Positions 14,689-27,796 of a stretch of DNA of 64,000 bases are shown piece after piece. Source of the DNA: Vermamoeba vermiformis. Taxonomy: Eukaryota. The stretch's first letter is position 1, and every line of letters begins with the position of its first letter. The translations under genes and the position numbers were made by a program. The notes beneath the pieces were generated by a model that saw only the letters and a list, made by a program, of their open reading frames with translations, made no database searches and had not been told where the DNA came from. The DNA lies in NCBI GenBank assembly GCA_045837725.1, contig JBEWZL010000116.1, positions 1 through 64,000 on the forward strand, given 5' to 3'.

Positions 14689-17600
14689 ATGCTACGACAA
14701 GTTCTGTTACTGGCAGCCTTGTTTGGTATGTGGATCGAGACAGCTCATTCGAATGTTAACCGCTGATACTCATAATACTATTCATAGGCGCTGTATTGCT
14801 ATTGGACGTACCAATCACTGTTAAAGAAACCGCCAAGACTGGCGCTGAAGGATGTAAGTACCAGCCGAAAATCTTTTCGCTTGTTATTGCTGTATAATAT
14901 TAAAGGAATAGATTGATTGCATTATCAGACTAATTATTTTTATGCAGTCCCCGTGACATTCGTGCTTCCTCTTCCATACGGAGCGTTCGTCGACACTCAA
15001 AAACTTCGTGTTGTGGATGAGTCAGGCACATCCGTCCCTGCTCAGTTCGAGGTGCTGAACAAGTACTGGGCCAGTACTCCACAATATCTTCGTCACATTG
15101 TGGTGCACTTCCAACCATCGGTATCAGCATGGGAGGGGTATGTGAATCAAAAAGCTCAGAGCTGTCAAATTTGTGACTGACATGTCGCTATTGACAGAAC
15201 TCCAACTTCCGGCGTCAAGAAGTATTTCGTTCGCGACGACGGCCAAGCAGCAACTCCTTCGACTCCAGTAACAGTTCAAGACGCTTCTGACTCGACCACT
15301 GTTGTCACCGTAAGTAAACCGGACAATTTTTTCCTGATCCTCGGAAAATTTGTTTGTACGAGGATAATCACCCAACAAACGATTAAATATGTTTCGATAG
15401 GGCCCATTGAAGTTCGTTCTACGCAAGAGCGAGTTTACAGTGATCAACGAGCTGTGGTTCGATGCCAATGAGAACGGAAACTTCGAAGACAACGAGAAAG
15501 TCATCTCACACAACACCAAGGTACTAGATAATGCATTTTATATGCTTTTTCTAATATAACAATGCTAGAACGGTGGTGTTCTTGTTGAACGTGACAGCAC
15601 AACCACTCAATACGACGCTGACAGATCAGATCTGACATGGGAAGTTGAAGAGTCAGGACCTCTTCGTGCTGTCATTCGTGTTGACTATCCCACTCTTTAC
15701 CAAAACAGCACTGACGTGTAAGTATCGTGGTTGTTTTTACTGCAGTTACGAGAAGTTTTCGACTCACAAAATCTTTCTCTTAAATTAGTGGTACCTTGAG
15801 GCGCGGAGCGGCAGTCCGTTTGTATGCTTACGCTGGCAAACCCTTCGTGTACATCGATTATCAACTTCAAAACTCCGCCAATGTTCCATTGTCTTGGTAC
15901 CTCTACTTCAAAGAGATGAACGTTGACTTTTCATTGACCAACTTCAATGGCAATCGCGTTCGTGTTGGCATGGCTGACCAGTAAGGATCAATGTACCTCA
16001 ACGAAATTTCAATTGTCTCCTAATAACATTATTATTTTAGAACTGTCTACGAGAAGTCAGGAGCCAGCCCCAACGTTCGTTTGTTCCAAAGCGGACTCTT
16101 GAAGGGTGATTTGTACGATGGATCCTCTATCGTCAAATCAGTGAACAATCAAAGCAACTTTGTTTGGTTGTCACTTCAAGACACGAGCGCAAATGTTGCA
16201 GTGACATCAACGATTCGTCACTTCTGGGAACGATGGCCGAATGCATTGGAAGCTAATGGCAACAAGATGTCAGTTCAGTTGTTCCCGAAGGGTTCTGGCA
16301 CTTGGACCAACATCGACAACCAAAAAGCTGTTAACTGGCAAGGCCTTTACTATCTTCCCGATATGTATCACCACTACAAAGAGTCGTTCTTGTACTTCCA
16401 CAAAGCAGATGTGTCATCAGACTCAGTGACAAATCTCATCAAATTGTTCCACAATCCACCTGTTGCCGTTGTTCCTACCAGCTGGTACAACGAGGCGAAG
16501 GCTACTCTTGACTTTGGCGGCTCTGTTCCTATTACTGCGCCTTCCAATCCTACTGGTAAGATTGATGACACTTTGACATTTTGACACGTTGACACTTTAA
16601 TTAATGATCGTTACTATCCAGATGTTCGCATGAAGAAACAAACACCCACCAATGAAATTCACAATACAGCTGTTTTCGGCGACCCTGACGGCTTGTACCG
16701 TTCAGGCACGTGCACTACTGGTGGCTGGCCTTACTCCTTGGCGTACATGATTGCTTCGGAAGACCCTGCAGACTACTTTGAAGCTCGCAACCAAATGAAC
16801 GCTGAAATCAACGTCAGACCTCACTGGTACGTAATTAGAGACGCCCTACCGAACAACAGTATGCTTATTCTTCGCTTTGCAGGATCGCCAAGTACGATTA
16901 CTTCAGAGACTACCCAAGCGTCAAATTGACCGAGAATCCTTATTGCGGAGGCACTTGGAGACAGTTCCTTGGTGTAAGTAATAGTCGCGTCAAAGTCTAA
17001 TTGACGATTATCTAATGCGCGTTAGCACGGCATTCCTGTTGTTGTCGCTCCCATTCTTAACGGCACTGGAAATTTCATGGGCGCTAGAGATGACGAACAC
17101 GGTACGAACCAATTTTTTGTTCTTTCGTAATTGATCTTAACGCCCTATTAGGCTGGTTCCATCACGCTGAAGAGGGATACTATTTGACCGGCAACTTGTG
17201 GTTCAAAGACTGGATGAAATTTGTGAGTCAGTTCAGACAGATCCGCTTGCACCAACAAGATCCTTATCCTGACAGTACGTAGTCTATCTTATTCAGCCTC
17301 ACGAACGCTTATTTAATTCATCTTTTAATAGTGAGTCATCGTGCTATTGGTCACTCACTTCAACATGCCATGTCATCGTTCAGAGTGACAGGTGATTTAC
17401 GAGTGTTGGACCAAATGTCTGTCTACCTCAGAAAATATCTTATGCCTATTTTGGATCCTTACTACGGCGATCATCATACTTCTGGCTTCCAAACAGGTTA
17501 CTTGGCTCGCTGGAACGCTAACTTGTGGATCGGTCAGTGACATTTTTGACACGTGAAAAAAATCGATGACACGTGTCACCTTTTTTGGCATTTGACTCAC

Positions 17601-18636
17601 GTTTCTATTGTTAATAGAACTTTCATACGGAGCTGCAACTAACGCTACTTATGCTCAAAACATGGCTGAAGCGTTAAATCACTTGTACGCGTTGACTGAT
17701 TGGAACTACAAGTGGGGACAATTCTCTTACTACGCTAATCGCGCGTTGTACCCGAACTCAGTTTCTAGCGGCACTGGCCTTACACTTATTGACCCCGAAT
17801 TGTTCGTGTACTTGATCACTGGTCACAATTGGCTCGTCAACCACACTTTCACCGTAAGTTACAAATAGTTTTAGTCACCGTACATTTATTAATATGTTTG
17901 CTTAGTTCGTTACTTCCGGTTTGAACGGCGGAGAAAAGCCTTACGGTGAATGGAAAACTTGGAAAGGACAATACGAGAACAGGGGGTAATGATATATACG
18001 TCTTTCTTAAAAACTGAAACTGACTTTATTTTATGCAATAGAATCTTTTACGCTATGCAGAACTACACTCGTGCTGACACTGAAGCACCCAACAAAATCA
18101 CCGATCTCACTGCGTACCGAAAAGACGGTGAAAGCACGCTGGTGTTCAGATGGAGCCCTGTTGCTACTGCTAGTACGTCTGCAGCGTTCAAAATCGATAT
18201 TTTTTTTCACTGAAACTGATTCATTCGTGTTCAGCTCGTTATCACGGAGTCTACTGCACGAGGCCTATTGTCGAAGATTCGACCAATGACACGTCAGTGT
18301 GCAACTGGTGGTCCGCTCAAGCTATCGGAGTGCCATTCGGTCGTGGTCCGTTCTACAGTGACGGCCAGTATCAATATTTCTACGTTGACGCCAACGCTAC
18401 GCTTGCCTGCTTACGTGGCTCTGTTCTCCTTTGACGAGGCCTCAAACATGTCACCAATGTCAAATGTCGTTCAACCATCAACAGACAACGTGTTAACTCT
18501 TCCTGAACCGAGCTACGTCGAACCACCCTTCTCCGAGAACAACGGCAACGGTCCTAAGAGCGAAGTGTCTTTTGCTGTTTCATTAAGCGCCGCATTGCTG
18601 GCTACTGTTATGTTACCACTGGCTCTTGTATTGTAA
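14689..18636 (+). CDS. Large secreted or surface-anchored protein, PcRGLX/YetA-like (PL26-related) architecture
   Basis: Signal peptide MLRQVLLLAALF. N-terminal VPVTFVLPLPYG...LRVVDESGTSVPAQFEVLNKYW resembles the bacterial YetA/PcRGLX N-terminal barrel. Also VEESGPLRAVIRV, an FN3-like DTEAPNKITDLTA segment and a hydrophobic C-terminus (GPI/TM). More than a dozen introns. Confidence 0.7.
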
Positions 18637-18739
18637 GGATTTTATCATTTTTTAAACGGACATGTCAAAATGTCAGATCGCGATAATAATAAATGCAATC
18701 CGCAGGCTATAAAACGGGTTTATTTACAAAATTATGCTT

Positions 18740-19016
18740 CTAGATAAACAAGAATAGTAATATGACAGCGCGTGCTATCAGATACGTCGCAATACGAGCA
18801 GTTGCACTATATAAAGTCGATTCCGCGGCGGCACTAACGGATCCAGTGACTGAAGCTGAAGTAAGCTCAAATGAATGAACTTCTAAGGAGCTAGCATAGG
18901 ATTCTGCGGATTGATTTCTGTTGGTACTGCCGACTTGTTTTGGCTTGGATCTCGTTGATCTGGCTGTAAAGCACGAGAATAACGCTGAATAAGAGAATTG
19001 TTGTCTTCGCAGTCAT
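18740..19016 (-). CDS. Possible small secreted/GPI-type peptide split by a +1 frameshift
   Basis: Signal-like MTAKTTILLFSVILVLYS in one frame (stop at 18891). Ser/Ala-rich stretch and hydrophobic end ...ARAVILLFLFI* in the +1 frame to 18740. Confidence 0.3.
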
Positions 19017-19247
19017 TTTAACGTAAAAATAATATATAGTAACCTTTGTTTTAAAGTATTTTGGAGGAGAGAGGTACATCGGTCAATCTGAAATTTCGAA
19101 GGACCCAAAAAAATGTCCGTTAAAATAATCCAAAAGATTTTGGTATCGCATAAAAACATTAGTCTTGGCAGTGCAAGTCAACGAAAATGGCACAATCGAG
19201 TCCAAAATTATAATAATTCAATCGAGAATAAAAAAATAATATAAAAT

Positions 19248-19553
19248 TTATTCTCGCGACGGCTTTGTCATGAACATATCTGCTAGTACCCAATCATCGT
19301 AATAAAATTGTTCAGTATTTTGTCGAATTATTATTGATATTCCAGCTGGCGTTGGGATGAGTTCAACTCTTTCTTGTTCTCGTTTGCCGAGATCTCGAAC
19401 GAAACATAGGTTATCGCCATCTCTCTTGTGCGTATTATAAAATCTACCGCCTGGAGAAGTTAATGTAGGAGTTCCTCGATACCACTCAATCTCCCAGGGA
19501 GCCGTACTGCCAGTGTTTATCGGGATTAATTTCTTAACTGCTTCCCAATCCAT
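19248..19553 (-). CDS. Small hypothetical protein (~101 aa)
   Basis: Single-exon ORF MDWEAVKKLIPIN...TKPSRE with globular composition. Confidence 0.55.
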   Translation of the reverse strand: MDWEAVKKLIPINTGSTAPWEIEWYRGTPTLTSPGGRFYNTHKRDGDNLCFVRDLGKREQERVELIPTPAGISIIIRQNTEQFYYDDWVLADMFMTKPSRE

Positions 19554-20058
19554 AAGTGCGATTAGTTTGAAGCGCGTATATTTGTTATAGTAGTTTGTGA
19601 TTTTATTTATTAGATTTTTCACAGACCGTTTTAGCAATGAAAAAATAAGCGGCAAGTTGTGCAAAAATCATGGATCCACGTCTCGACGAATCCCGCTTTG
19701 CAAACGTTATTTCAGATTCAATAGTTGGCAGGCTTCTTGTACGACTCCAGTACTATCGGTCCAATTTTATCCGTTTTTGGTCTCGGATCTCATTTTTTCA
19801 GTAATTTCGAACCAAAATGAACGACGATCTCAATGTGAGCATAATTCAGAGTTATTCGTTAATATTGCCTGTAATGAACCTGGTATCCGATATCTTCTAA
19901 TCCTCCTAGATATTTTAAAATCCTCTTAAAAATTTTCGACAGATTTTTCGGCTTGTGAGTCGGCGCGTGAAGAAGGTTGACAAATTTGTCTCCGAAGGTT
20001 CCATAACAACACATAAAATGAAACAATCCACAATGTTTCAATGCACTAAACCAACACC

Positions 20059-21483
20059 ATGAAGGCCATAATTATCTTCGGCATTTTCTTGTGCGTTGCT
20101 GTTTCCGTTTTGTCTCGCAAACCGGATCCCGTTTTGCAACCTTATCCAGTTGTCTTTACTGCTGTCTATAACGAGTCAGGTAATTATAACATATTTTTTA
20201 GATAATTATGAATATTATTTGTTGGATCTAATTTTTCATTTAGATCGAGCCGCTTTTTGGCAAGCTCCTCGTATGAATACAGTATCTTTGGACCTTCCCA
20301 ACAAGCGAGCTGTAGTATCTTATGCGTCTGATAAAGGAATGACTAGAGAGCTGGAGTTTAATTTTCAAACCTGAAGGAGGCGATCCGACCGCTGTAAGCT
20401 ACTCCCAACCACTTTCTTTACCATTAAATGATTAATTATTTTGTCATAGCCGGCAAGCCAAGACTATACCGCATTTAACTTTAATCCGGACCCCGCTCAA
20501 GCGCCCAGCTGCTTTTACACACAATCCAACATTATGTCTTTGGCTCCGTTCCCCCCTCACTGGAATCATCGGGGAAATGCTTATTCTATGATAGTAGATA
20601 CCTGGTACAACTTGCCTAGCGATTTGGTCTACGCGGGCGAATATTTCATTGCTGAGTTGGGCGTCATGTCAGATGTAAGTTCGTTTAACTTTCAAAAGTC
20701 AAGATCTGACCGAATATAATTAGAGATGGGATACTGTAAGCCAATGCATATTAACGAAGACACCTGGTATTGGCCAAGTACCTTGCGCTAGTGTCATGTT
20801 CTCGAAGGGCCAAAATCCACTTCCCTTAATGGACATTCGCGCCTTTGGTGCTCGCAAAAACAGCTTTGAAAATGATATGTAAGTTCATTAATATATTATG
20901 AACTTAATTTAACGAGATAATATTAGGTACGCAATCCGTGTTTATCATTCTTTTACCACGTCAGTTGAGGACTCAGCCTTTGCATTGCCCAAGAACTGGC
21001 AAGTAACTTGCAGCAATGCTGACAATGGTAAGGCCGAGTACAAGCTTCGATATAAGTATCACTGTCCTAACGTATAATGTAGGCTTTGAAACTCAACCGG
21101 ATTATGCCATCTCGGTGTTCAGTACGAAGACCTCCGACGCGAGACTGCAGATCCAATTGACCACGCCTCCAGTTGCAGCATTAGGCGACGTCAAGGTCTT
21201 CTTGGTGCCAGCTCCGACTTGGTACTTCAATTGCGTGGACTGTGTTAACTTTCCAACGAGCTTCTTGACCTTCACGCAAGACAACTGGAACGTGTCACAA
21301 ATTTTCCCAGCAAAATATAACCACGAAGGCTGCTCGCAGTACACTATCAAAGCGACCGGTGGTGGATATGATTGGACTTACTACACCAAGACTGTAACGT
21401 ATTACGCTTGCGTAGGTTCGAACTTCAGCGGATGCAGCGCGCAACCTAAGTGCGGGAATGCAGACGTTTTGAACACTGTCTAG
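20059..21483 (+). CDS. Secreted ependymin-like protein with a C-terminal Ig/Calx-beta-like domain; contains a frameshift
   Basis: Signal peptide MKAIIIFGIFLCVAVS; beta-rich region ending FTTSVEDSAFALPKNWQVTC (EPDR-like); C-terminal LTFTQDNWNVSQ motif. Exon 2 needs a +1 shift near 20345-20374 to match the phase of exon 3. Confidence 0.6.
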
Positions 21484-21758
21484 AAATAAACTAACCTTAT
21501 TCATATCCTTATCCTTTTTTTTCTATTGGTCCGAAATTAGCGAGATCGAACCAACTCTCGATCAAATTTGAAAAATTCCCGCATATGCGATAGGCCTGAA
21601 AGGACATAAAGAATGCATAGGTCTAGTACATCGCACATTTAGAGCCCTTTCAATGACGCTGCGTTTGTTGACCCTCAGGGGCAGATCGAGCCGAAATTTA
21701 AGTTTTTTTGGAGTTTTTGCTAGAGAAAATTGCACAACAACACAGATTGGCGAATGTA

Positions 21759-23463
21759 ATGATGCGGAAAAATATATTCACGATTGTACTAGCGTTGCTA
21801 TTTATCGCGGCTATGGCAGTTTTCGCTCAATTCTATCAGATCAACAATTGTGGGTACAATGGAGTTTCTAATAATACAAAAAATAGTTCAGTAGCTACTA
21901 TAAGGTATGGCTTATAATGATCGCTACAGATCTCACCTCAATTTAATTATTATCGGCAATTAATTTTTTTGTTTTTGAAAGAGAACGTTGGGATAACCGA
22001 GCATTTGCAACAATTATAACTCCGAATGAGAAAAATTTAGCGCTGGCTGTGGCTCAAAATCTGGTTCAAGTGAAATCAAAGTATCCGTTATTAATTTTAA
22101 TTCTGGATCAGTAAGTTAACGAACAATAATAATACCAGTCGTTGCTCGTTATTATATGATCGATATTTAAATTGCATTATTCTAATCTTTACATAGTTAT
22201 AATAACGTGACCGTTTCTTCGGACTACATCCGGCGAGCGAAATTGCTGAACGCCAAACCGATCATCTTAGAAAAGGCGCCAATGGCTCAAACTGTTAAAA
22301 TATCCATAGAGTAAGTCACATCTAGCATTTACAAGAAATTATGCACTTTCTCGGGAAAATAATTTCAGATCGGATCTTTGGATCTTGTTTATGATTGGCC
22401 AATCTAACGTAATTACTTCTAAATATAGAAGCTTCAAAATTGCGTGGAACAAATTATCAGCATGGAAACAACTGGTGGATTATACACGAGTAGCGTTGAT
22501 GGATACAGATATGTTGGTGTTGAGCAACATCGACGAGCTGCTTGATATGCCTGATATATCATTCGGTAAGACATCAATATATATGGATATTATAGACGTA
22601 TTATATGCGCCCTATCATCAAAAGGTGACGTAAGCTGCGAACGAATCCAACTTTTGTGTACCAAAAGAGATGCGGGATCCGCTTAAAAAAACTCGGTTCA
22701 CAACACATTTTTTAATAATTATAGTATTCATGCTAATTTACATGGTTTTGACAGTTATGGGCACATGCGAGCCTTGCGAAGAGCCATGGGGCCTCTCTGG
22801 TGGTTTGATGGTGTTCGAACCATCAGTTCAAACCTTTGAAAAGTTAATGAATTTGTCGCGAGAATATCGTTCGCATACTTGGTAAGTCCTTGCTATAGAA
22901 CGATTGATTTAAGAGAACTTTAGATCTGATCAATTTGAACTTCGGATTCGTTTACGATTCAGTGCCTAATCTTTCGTCTTTTTATTAGAATATTTATTTT
23001 ACTACCTATAGAGGAAAATTAAGTCGATATTGATAATTTGCTCTAATGTACTGAGTATTTATTTATTGCAAAATTTATTCATAGGCACGAATCCGAACAA
23101 CTGCTCATTAAAGAGTATTATACGACCAAAGCACCCGAAAAAATGCACGTTTTAAGCAGAATTTACAACGCGAATGTTAATTCATGCAATTGTATGCCAA
23201 AAAGAGCTTGGGACTTTATGAAGATCTTGCACTGGATGTGCGACGGAACGGTACGTAGCTACTACCTTACTTAAATATATTATAATGTGGCTAATTACGC
23301 AATATTATAGACAGGAAAGCCATATCATTGGACTAGAGAGAAAATTTTAGCGGATCTTAACAAGCCAGACACTAGTGCAAGGAAACGATGCGTACATGGC
23401 TACAATTTGAAATGGCTGGATAATTACGAACGAGCAATGGAGTATACGAATTCTCAGAATTAA
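21759..23463 (+). CDS. Type II membrane glycosyltransferase family 8 (glycogenin-like)
   Basis: N-terminal TM; AFATII, SKYPLLIL, WNKLSAWKQLVDYTRVALMDTDMLVLSNIDEL (DxD), GLMVFEPS, IYN, KILHW...GKPY. Confidence 0.88.
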
Positions 23464-23560
23464 AAAATTTAAGGGCTTGATGCTGTAAAATAGTGCGGTC
23501 AAAATTGATTTTAAATTCGAAAAAAGTCTTGTACAAAATAGGAGTGGAAATGTTGTTATA

Positions 23561-25837
23561 TTAAACACTCCTTAAAATGAACTTGATTAAATCTTCAGCA
23601 TCCGATTCGTCCGTAATGACCGGCTTAGCATTCAGATCCAAAGTATTATTCGTGGAATTATTATTTTCGCTTGTTTTTGTTGGTGTATTAGTAGACTTGA
23701 TTCTTTACGAGGGCTTGTAGCTTTTTCTTCGACTTTAGGCTTCTCTGTAACAACAACAGGACTGTCAACTTTTTTAACTGGATCCACTGAGGTTCTGGCA
23801 GGAGATTTCGTCCACGTGCTTGTTTGTGAAACTGATGGAGATGCTGTTGAGGTAGTGGGCGCCGTTGTCTTATTAGTTGGACTCGTCACGGGTGTAACAG
23901 GTGTACTGTAATCGAAGATATTGTTAGCAAAGTGGCCGGATCCAATTACAACAAATTTTAAAAAATTGATTTGAACTCAGGTTACGTTATCGATCATTGT
24001 TATTTCAGTTGTCCCTATTTGTAACATATATTTGCTACATCCTCGTTCGACAATTAAGTTGAACAAATTGATGAAATTTTTACCTTGTTTTGTTGATCGG
24101 TGTTGAAGTCACAGAATTTCGTGGTGAAGTTGCACTTGTTACTGAATTTCTAGGGGACGTCGGGCTCGTTGCTCTCGGTGATGTTTTTTCAATGTTAGCA
24201 ACAGCAGATTGCACGGCTGATGATTTGTTTGTCGGGGTCGAAGCGTTAGATCCAAAATTCAACTTTGGCGGGGGAGTACTTGTCGCGCTAGTATTAGTCG
24301 TTGAAGAGCTTGGCGTTGGTGAGGTTGGTTGGCCACTGTGCAAGGGCGATAAAAGTTTGTCAAGAGCAGTCGGATGTGACGGCGAGCTCGTGGTTTGGGT
24401 GGTAGTAGCGTGGGAAGGGCTCGAGGCAGTTGGTGGGTTAGTTGTGGGTGTTTTCTTAGGCGGACGATAGTTTGGAATAACTTGTGAAAGACGGGGTGGT
24501 TCGCGTTTTGGGTTTGAAGGTGGAGGTGTCGGATTGGCCCTTGATTTCGCGTTTGCTGCTTGCACGGCAGCCTTGACATTTGAAGGGTTAGCAGGGCTCG
24601 TCGGGAGTGAAGATGAGACGTTGGTGTTCTTGGTCGTGGTGCTTGGCTGGTTGGGCGAAGTAGGTGCGGAGTAGGGCTTGGGCTGTTGTGTCGGCGTGCT
24701 AAGTGTGGCAGGGGTTGGGTGCAACGGCGATGAAATTGTGCCTGAATTCATGTCCACAGCTCCAGACATACGTTTGTTGCTGAGAATCGCTGCATTGACA
24801 ACACTCGCCTCGATCGCTACACTCTTCGGTCTTGTCGTGGTCCACGAGGGCTTCTTAACTAACTCGTCTGAATGGTCATTCGATGTTTTCGGCGAGGCTG
24901 TGCTCGCGTTTGATTTGACAGCGTCGTTGGTCGATTGCGCGTGAGTGCGAGGGCTGGTCTTGGTCTCTGACTTGACACTTGACACGACCTCAGGTGTTGA
25001 CACTTTGACCTCTGTCTTCGTTGTAGTAGGTGTTGATGTGTTTGAAGATGTCACCGCTGACGTCGTTTTGACAGGTGTCACATTGGCGGAATTTCTCGGT
25101 GACATGCTCTCGTTCTGCAGGCCTTGGAAAATTGATACAATCAACTCTTCATGATTCACTACTTCGGGCTCTTCTTTCGGGACAACAGGTTCTGCAAATG
25201 TAACTGTGGCACGAGGTGATGCAATCTTTGCAGGAGATTTCACTTCAGTTGATTTTGGTCTGGTTTTCTCGCCCGATAGTTGAACGGATGTACGAGGAGA
25301 AGTTGGAATTTCAGTGCAGTACTTTAAGATGCAATTGGACATGAGCTCGTTGTCGCGTTGATCGTAGACTGATTTCATTAAGAAGACGCAAGCTTTAGAC
25401 ATGTCTTCGTTGAAATCCAAAAGGTGTTCTGATCCAGATTTCCTTTCGCCGGTTGCAAACTCGTCGATTATGCGAACGGCATCGATGAAAGCCTTAGAAA
25501 GCACCTTATACTTCTCTTCTACTTCTTCTTTCTCTTTCTTAATGCGTCGTTTGTCTTCTGTCTGCTTATCATATTCTTGCTCCAATTTACGCAATTCATT
25601 CGTTAATTTTTTCGTTTCAGACATTAAATTAGCTGCAATAGCTCCAATGTCTTCGATTTCTTCCGAGGAGGAGTCATCGCTAGTCGTATCAGTGTTTTCT
25701 GGATCTTTGGATTTGTCTTCTCCTTTTTCTTGCGAGGTCTTCTTCTTTAAATTATTTATGATTTCTCTTGACTCTTTAATCATGGACTTGACGCCCTTTC
25801 GCAGGTTGCTGCCAGCCTTGCGAAATTTATCTGCCAT
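23561..25837 (-). CDS. Coiled-coil plus Ser/Thr/Pro-rich low-complexity protein (many SP/SPR sites)
   Basis: 585-codon exon 24080-25837, intron, last exon from ~23907. The compositionally consistent C-terminus (KSTNTPTKTSENNN...DLIKFILRSV*) lies in the -1 frame after ~23702. Confidence 0.75.
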
Positions 25838-26311
25838 CTGCGACCATAAATCAAAAAGCGTAATTATGGAGCTGTGTTTATCGATCGAAGTAGTGCAAAT
25901 TTGTTTGGCATTATTAAGCCGTGGATTATTATTTATAGGAAGGAATTATTTATTGTCGGGGGAGATTTTTAACCTCGATCTATTTCGCATTATTACGCAC
26001 TTACACTTGTACCTGGATAAAAAGCTTAGTTCTCGATGAAATAAATAAATATAAGGGGTTATATATACAAGCTATTGCGCCATTAACTCGCGTATCTGTG
26101 TGAAATAGATTTTATTTGATTTTTTCGTTCATTAATCTTGTTGACGAAAGACGGCTCAATCCCGCATTATTAACCCGCCACGGTATTATAATCCACAGGT
26201 GGCATATTTAGGAGGCACATACACCTTAATACAGGCTTACCTAGCAGTTCGGAATTTTGTTTCAAATTTGTAGATCTCGCACAAAAATATTATTTTACGT
26301 GAACCTTGCGG

Positions 26312-27199
26312 ATGCTGGCTGTAGATCTGGTGATAGAACCTCCTGCAAATATCAAACAATTAGCAAATAATTTTAATGGTAAATTATTCTATGCAAGCAA
26401 GAATGGATTTGCCTTCGACCAGTACCACGTTCCTCACATAACAATAGCGCAACTTTATATTAAAGAAGAAAATTTGGATAAAGTTATTGATGCAGTAGCA
26501 GCCGTATTACAGAATATCAAGCCATTAAATTTGAACTCAGCAAATCTCGATCCTGGTCCCCAATTTGGTCCTGGGTAAGTTTTGATTAGTACCACGTTTG
26601 CAATCTATTATATTACGATTATATTATGAAATTATCGTAGAATAAGCTTGTTTACTAAGCCCACCACAGTTAATTTTTTATTCGATCTAGCAATTACGTT
26701 CCTAGTTTCGCAATTACAGAACCATTGGAAGGCATAAACGAGCTACATAAGAATATTATGCACGCACTTGATACGTTTATCGAGAAGATCGAAGGCAAAG
26801 CGGAATATTTTTTCCAGATCCCAAACGAATCCATTAGTAAGTCAGCTCTCTCAAAAAATTTGAGCACAATACTGACTATACTCGATAACATAGCGATAAA
26901 TCAGTCGTCTATCAAGTATGTAGCGAATTTTAAAGAAAAATCAGCCTTTGAAAAGTACTGGCCGCATATTACAATCGTAAGTTGCTTTCAAACTCGATTT
27001 TACGCTTAATTAATTATACTTCTTATTAAATATATCATATATATTAATATTATGCTTATAGGGAGTCGGTCCACTCCATGTTATTGAAGAAATTTCAAAG
27101 GAGTTTGAACCGTTCAATTTTATCGGCGATACAATTAGTCTCTATCAGTTAGGAAATTACTGTACCTGCGCCAAATTATTAAAACAATGGAAATTATAA
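26312..27199 (+). CDS. 2H phosphoesterase (2'-5' RNA ligase-like superfamily)
   Basis: Two catalytic HxT motifs, HVPHITIAQ and YWPHITI; C-terminal ISLYQLGNYCTC; introns. Confidence 0.85.
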
Positions 27200-27796
27200 C
27201 CGATTAATTGCGTTATTGGTCTTCAAACAATTTTCAGAGGTTCAGGCCAGATCAGATCTAAATCCAGCTGAGCTCGTAAAGGTAATCGTACTTTAGTATT
27301 GCGGAAGATCTTATTAACGTAATTTTAATAATTAGGTCCTCTTTGTGGTCTTTCGAAACTCAAACCGAGGTTGAATCCGATTTTCAAGTGCATCTCGAAA
27401 GGATCCAGGATCACAACCACAGCTCTATTATGCTCATAGTAACTCACTCGGATAACAATTTGGCGTCGGAACAAATAATTCTCCTGACGGCAATTGGTAC
27501 AAGGTGAAGCACCAGATCTCCGATGACAGATGTGAACACGATCGTAAACAACTGGAGAGAGAACTTTGTGGCAATAGCGAAAATAACAAGAACATGATAT
27601 AGAGAGGCTACTCTAGAGAATGCTCGAAAATCAGAAGTCCTGAAAGAAGTGCCAACAGAAGTTTCGCGATGTTTCGAACCGAGAAACTCCCTTAAAAAGG
27701 TAAATTTGACTATTTTGCAATTTAATTGGTTATCAACACCATAAAAGACAATATTAATATATTATAAAACAAACTCTTGACATTTAAACTGATATA

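Noticed and set aside
24090-26039. Plus-strand ORFs opposite the Ser/Thr/Pro-rich gene
   Set aside because: Antisense shadows of low-complexity coding sequence.
27330-27710. Coding-like purine-rich stretch with stops upstream of MDR copy 1
   Set aside because: Possibly a decayed gene fragment, but no homology or consistent frame could be supported.
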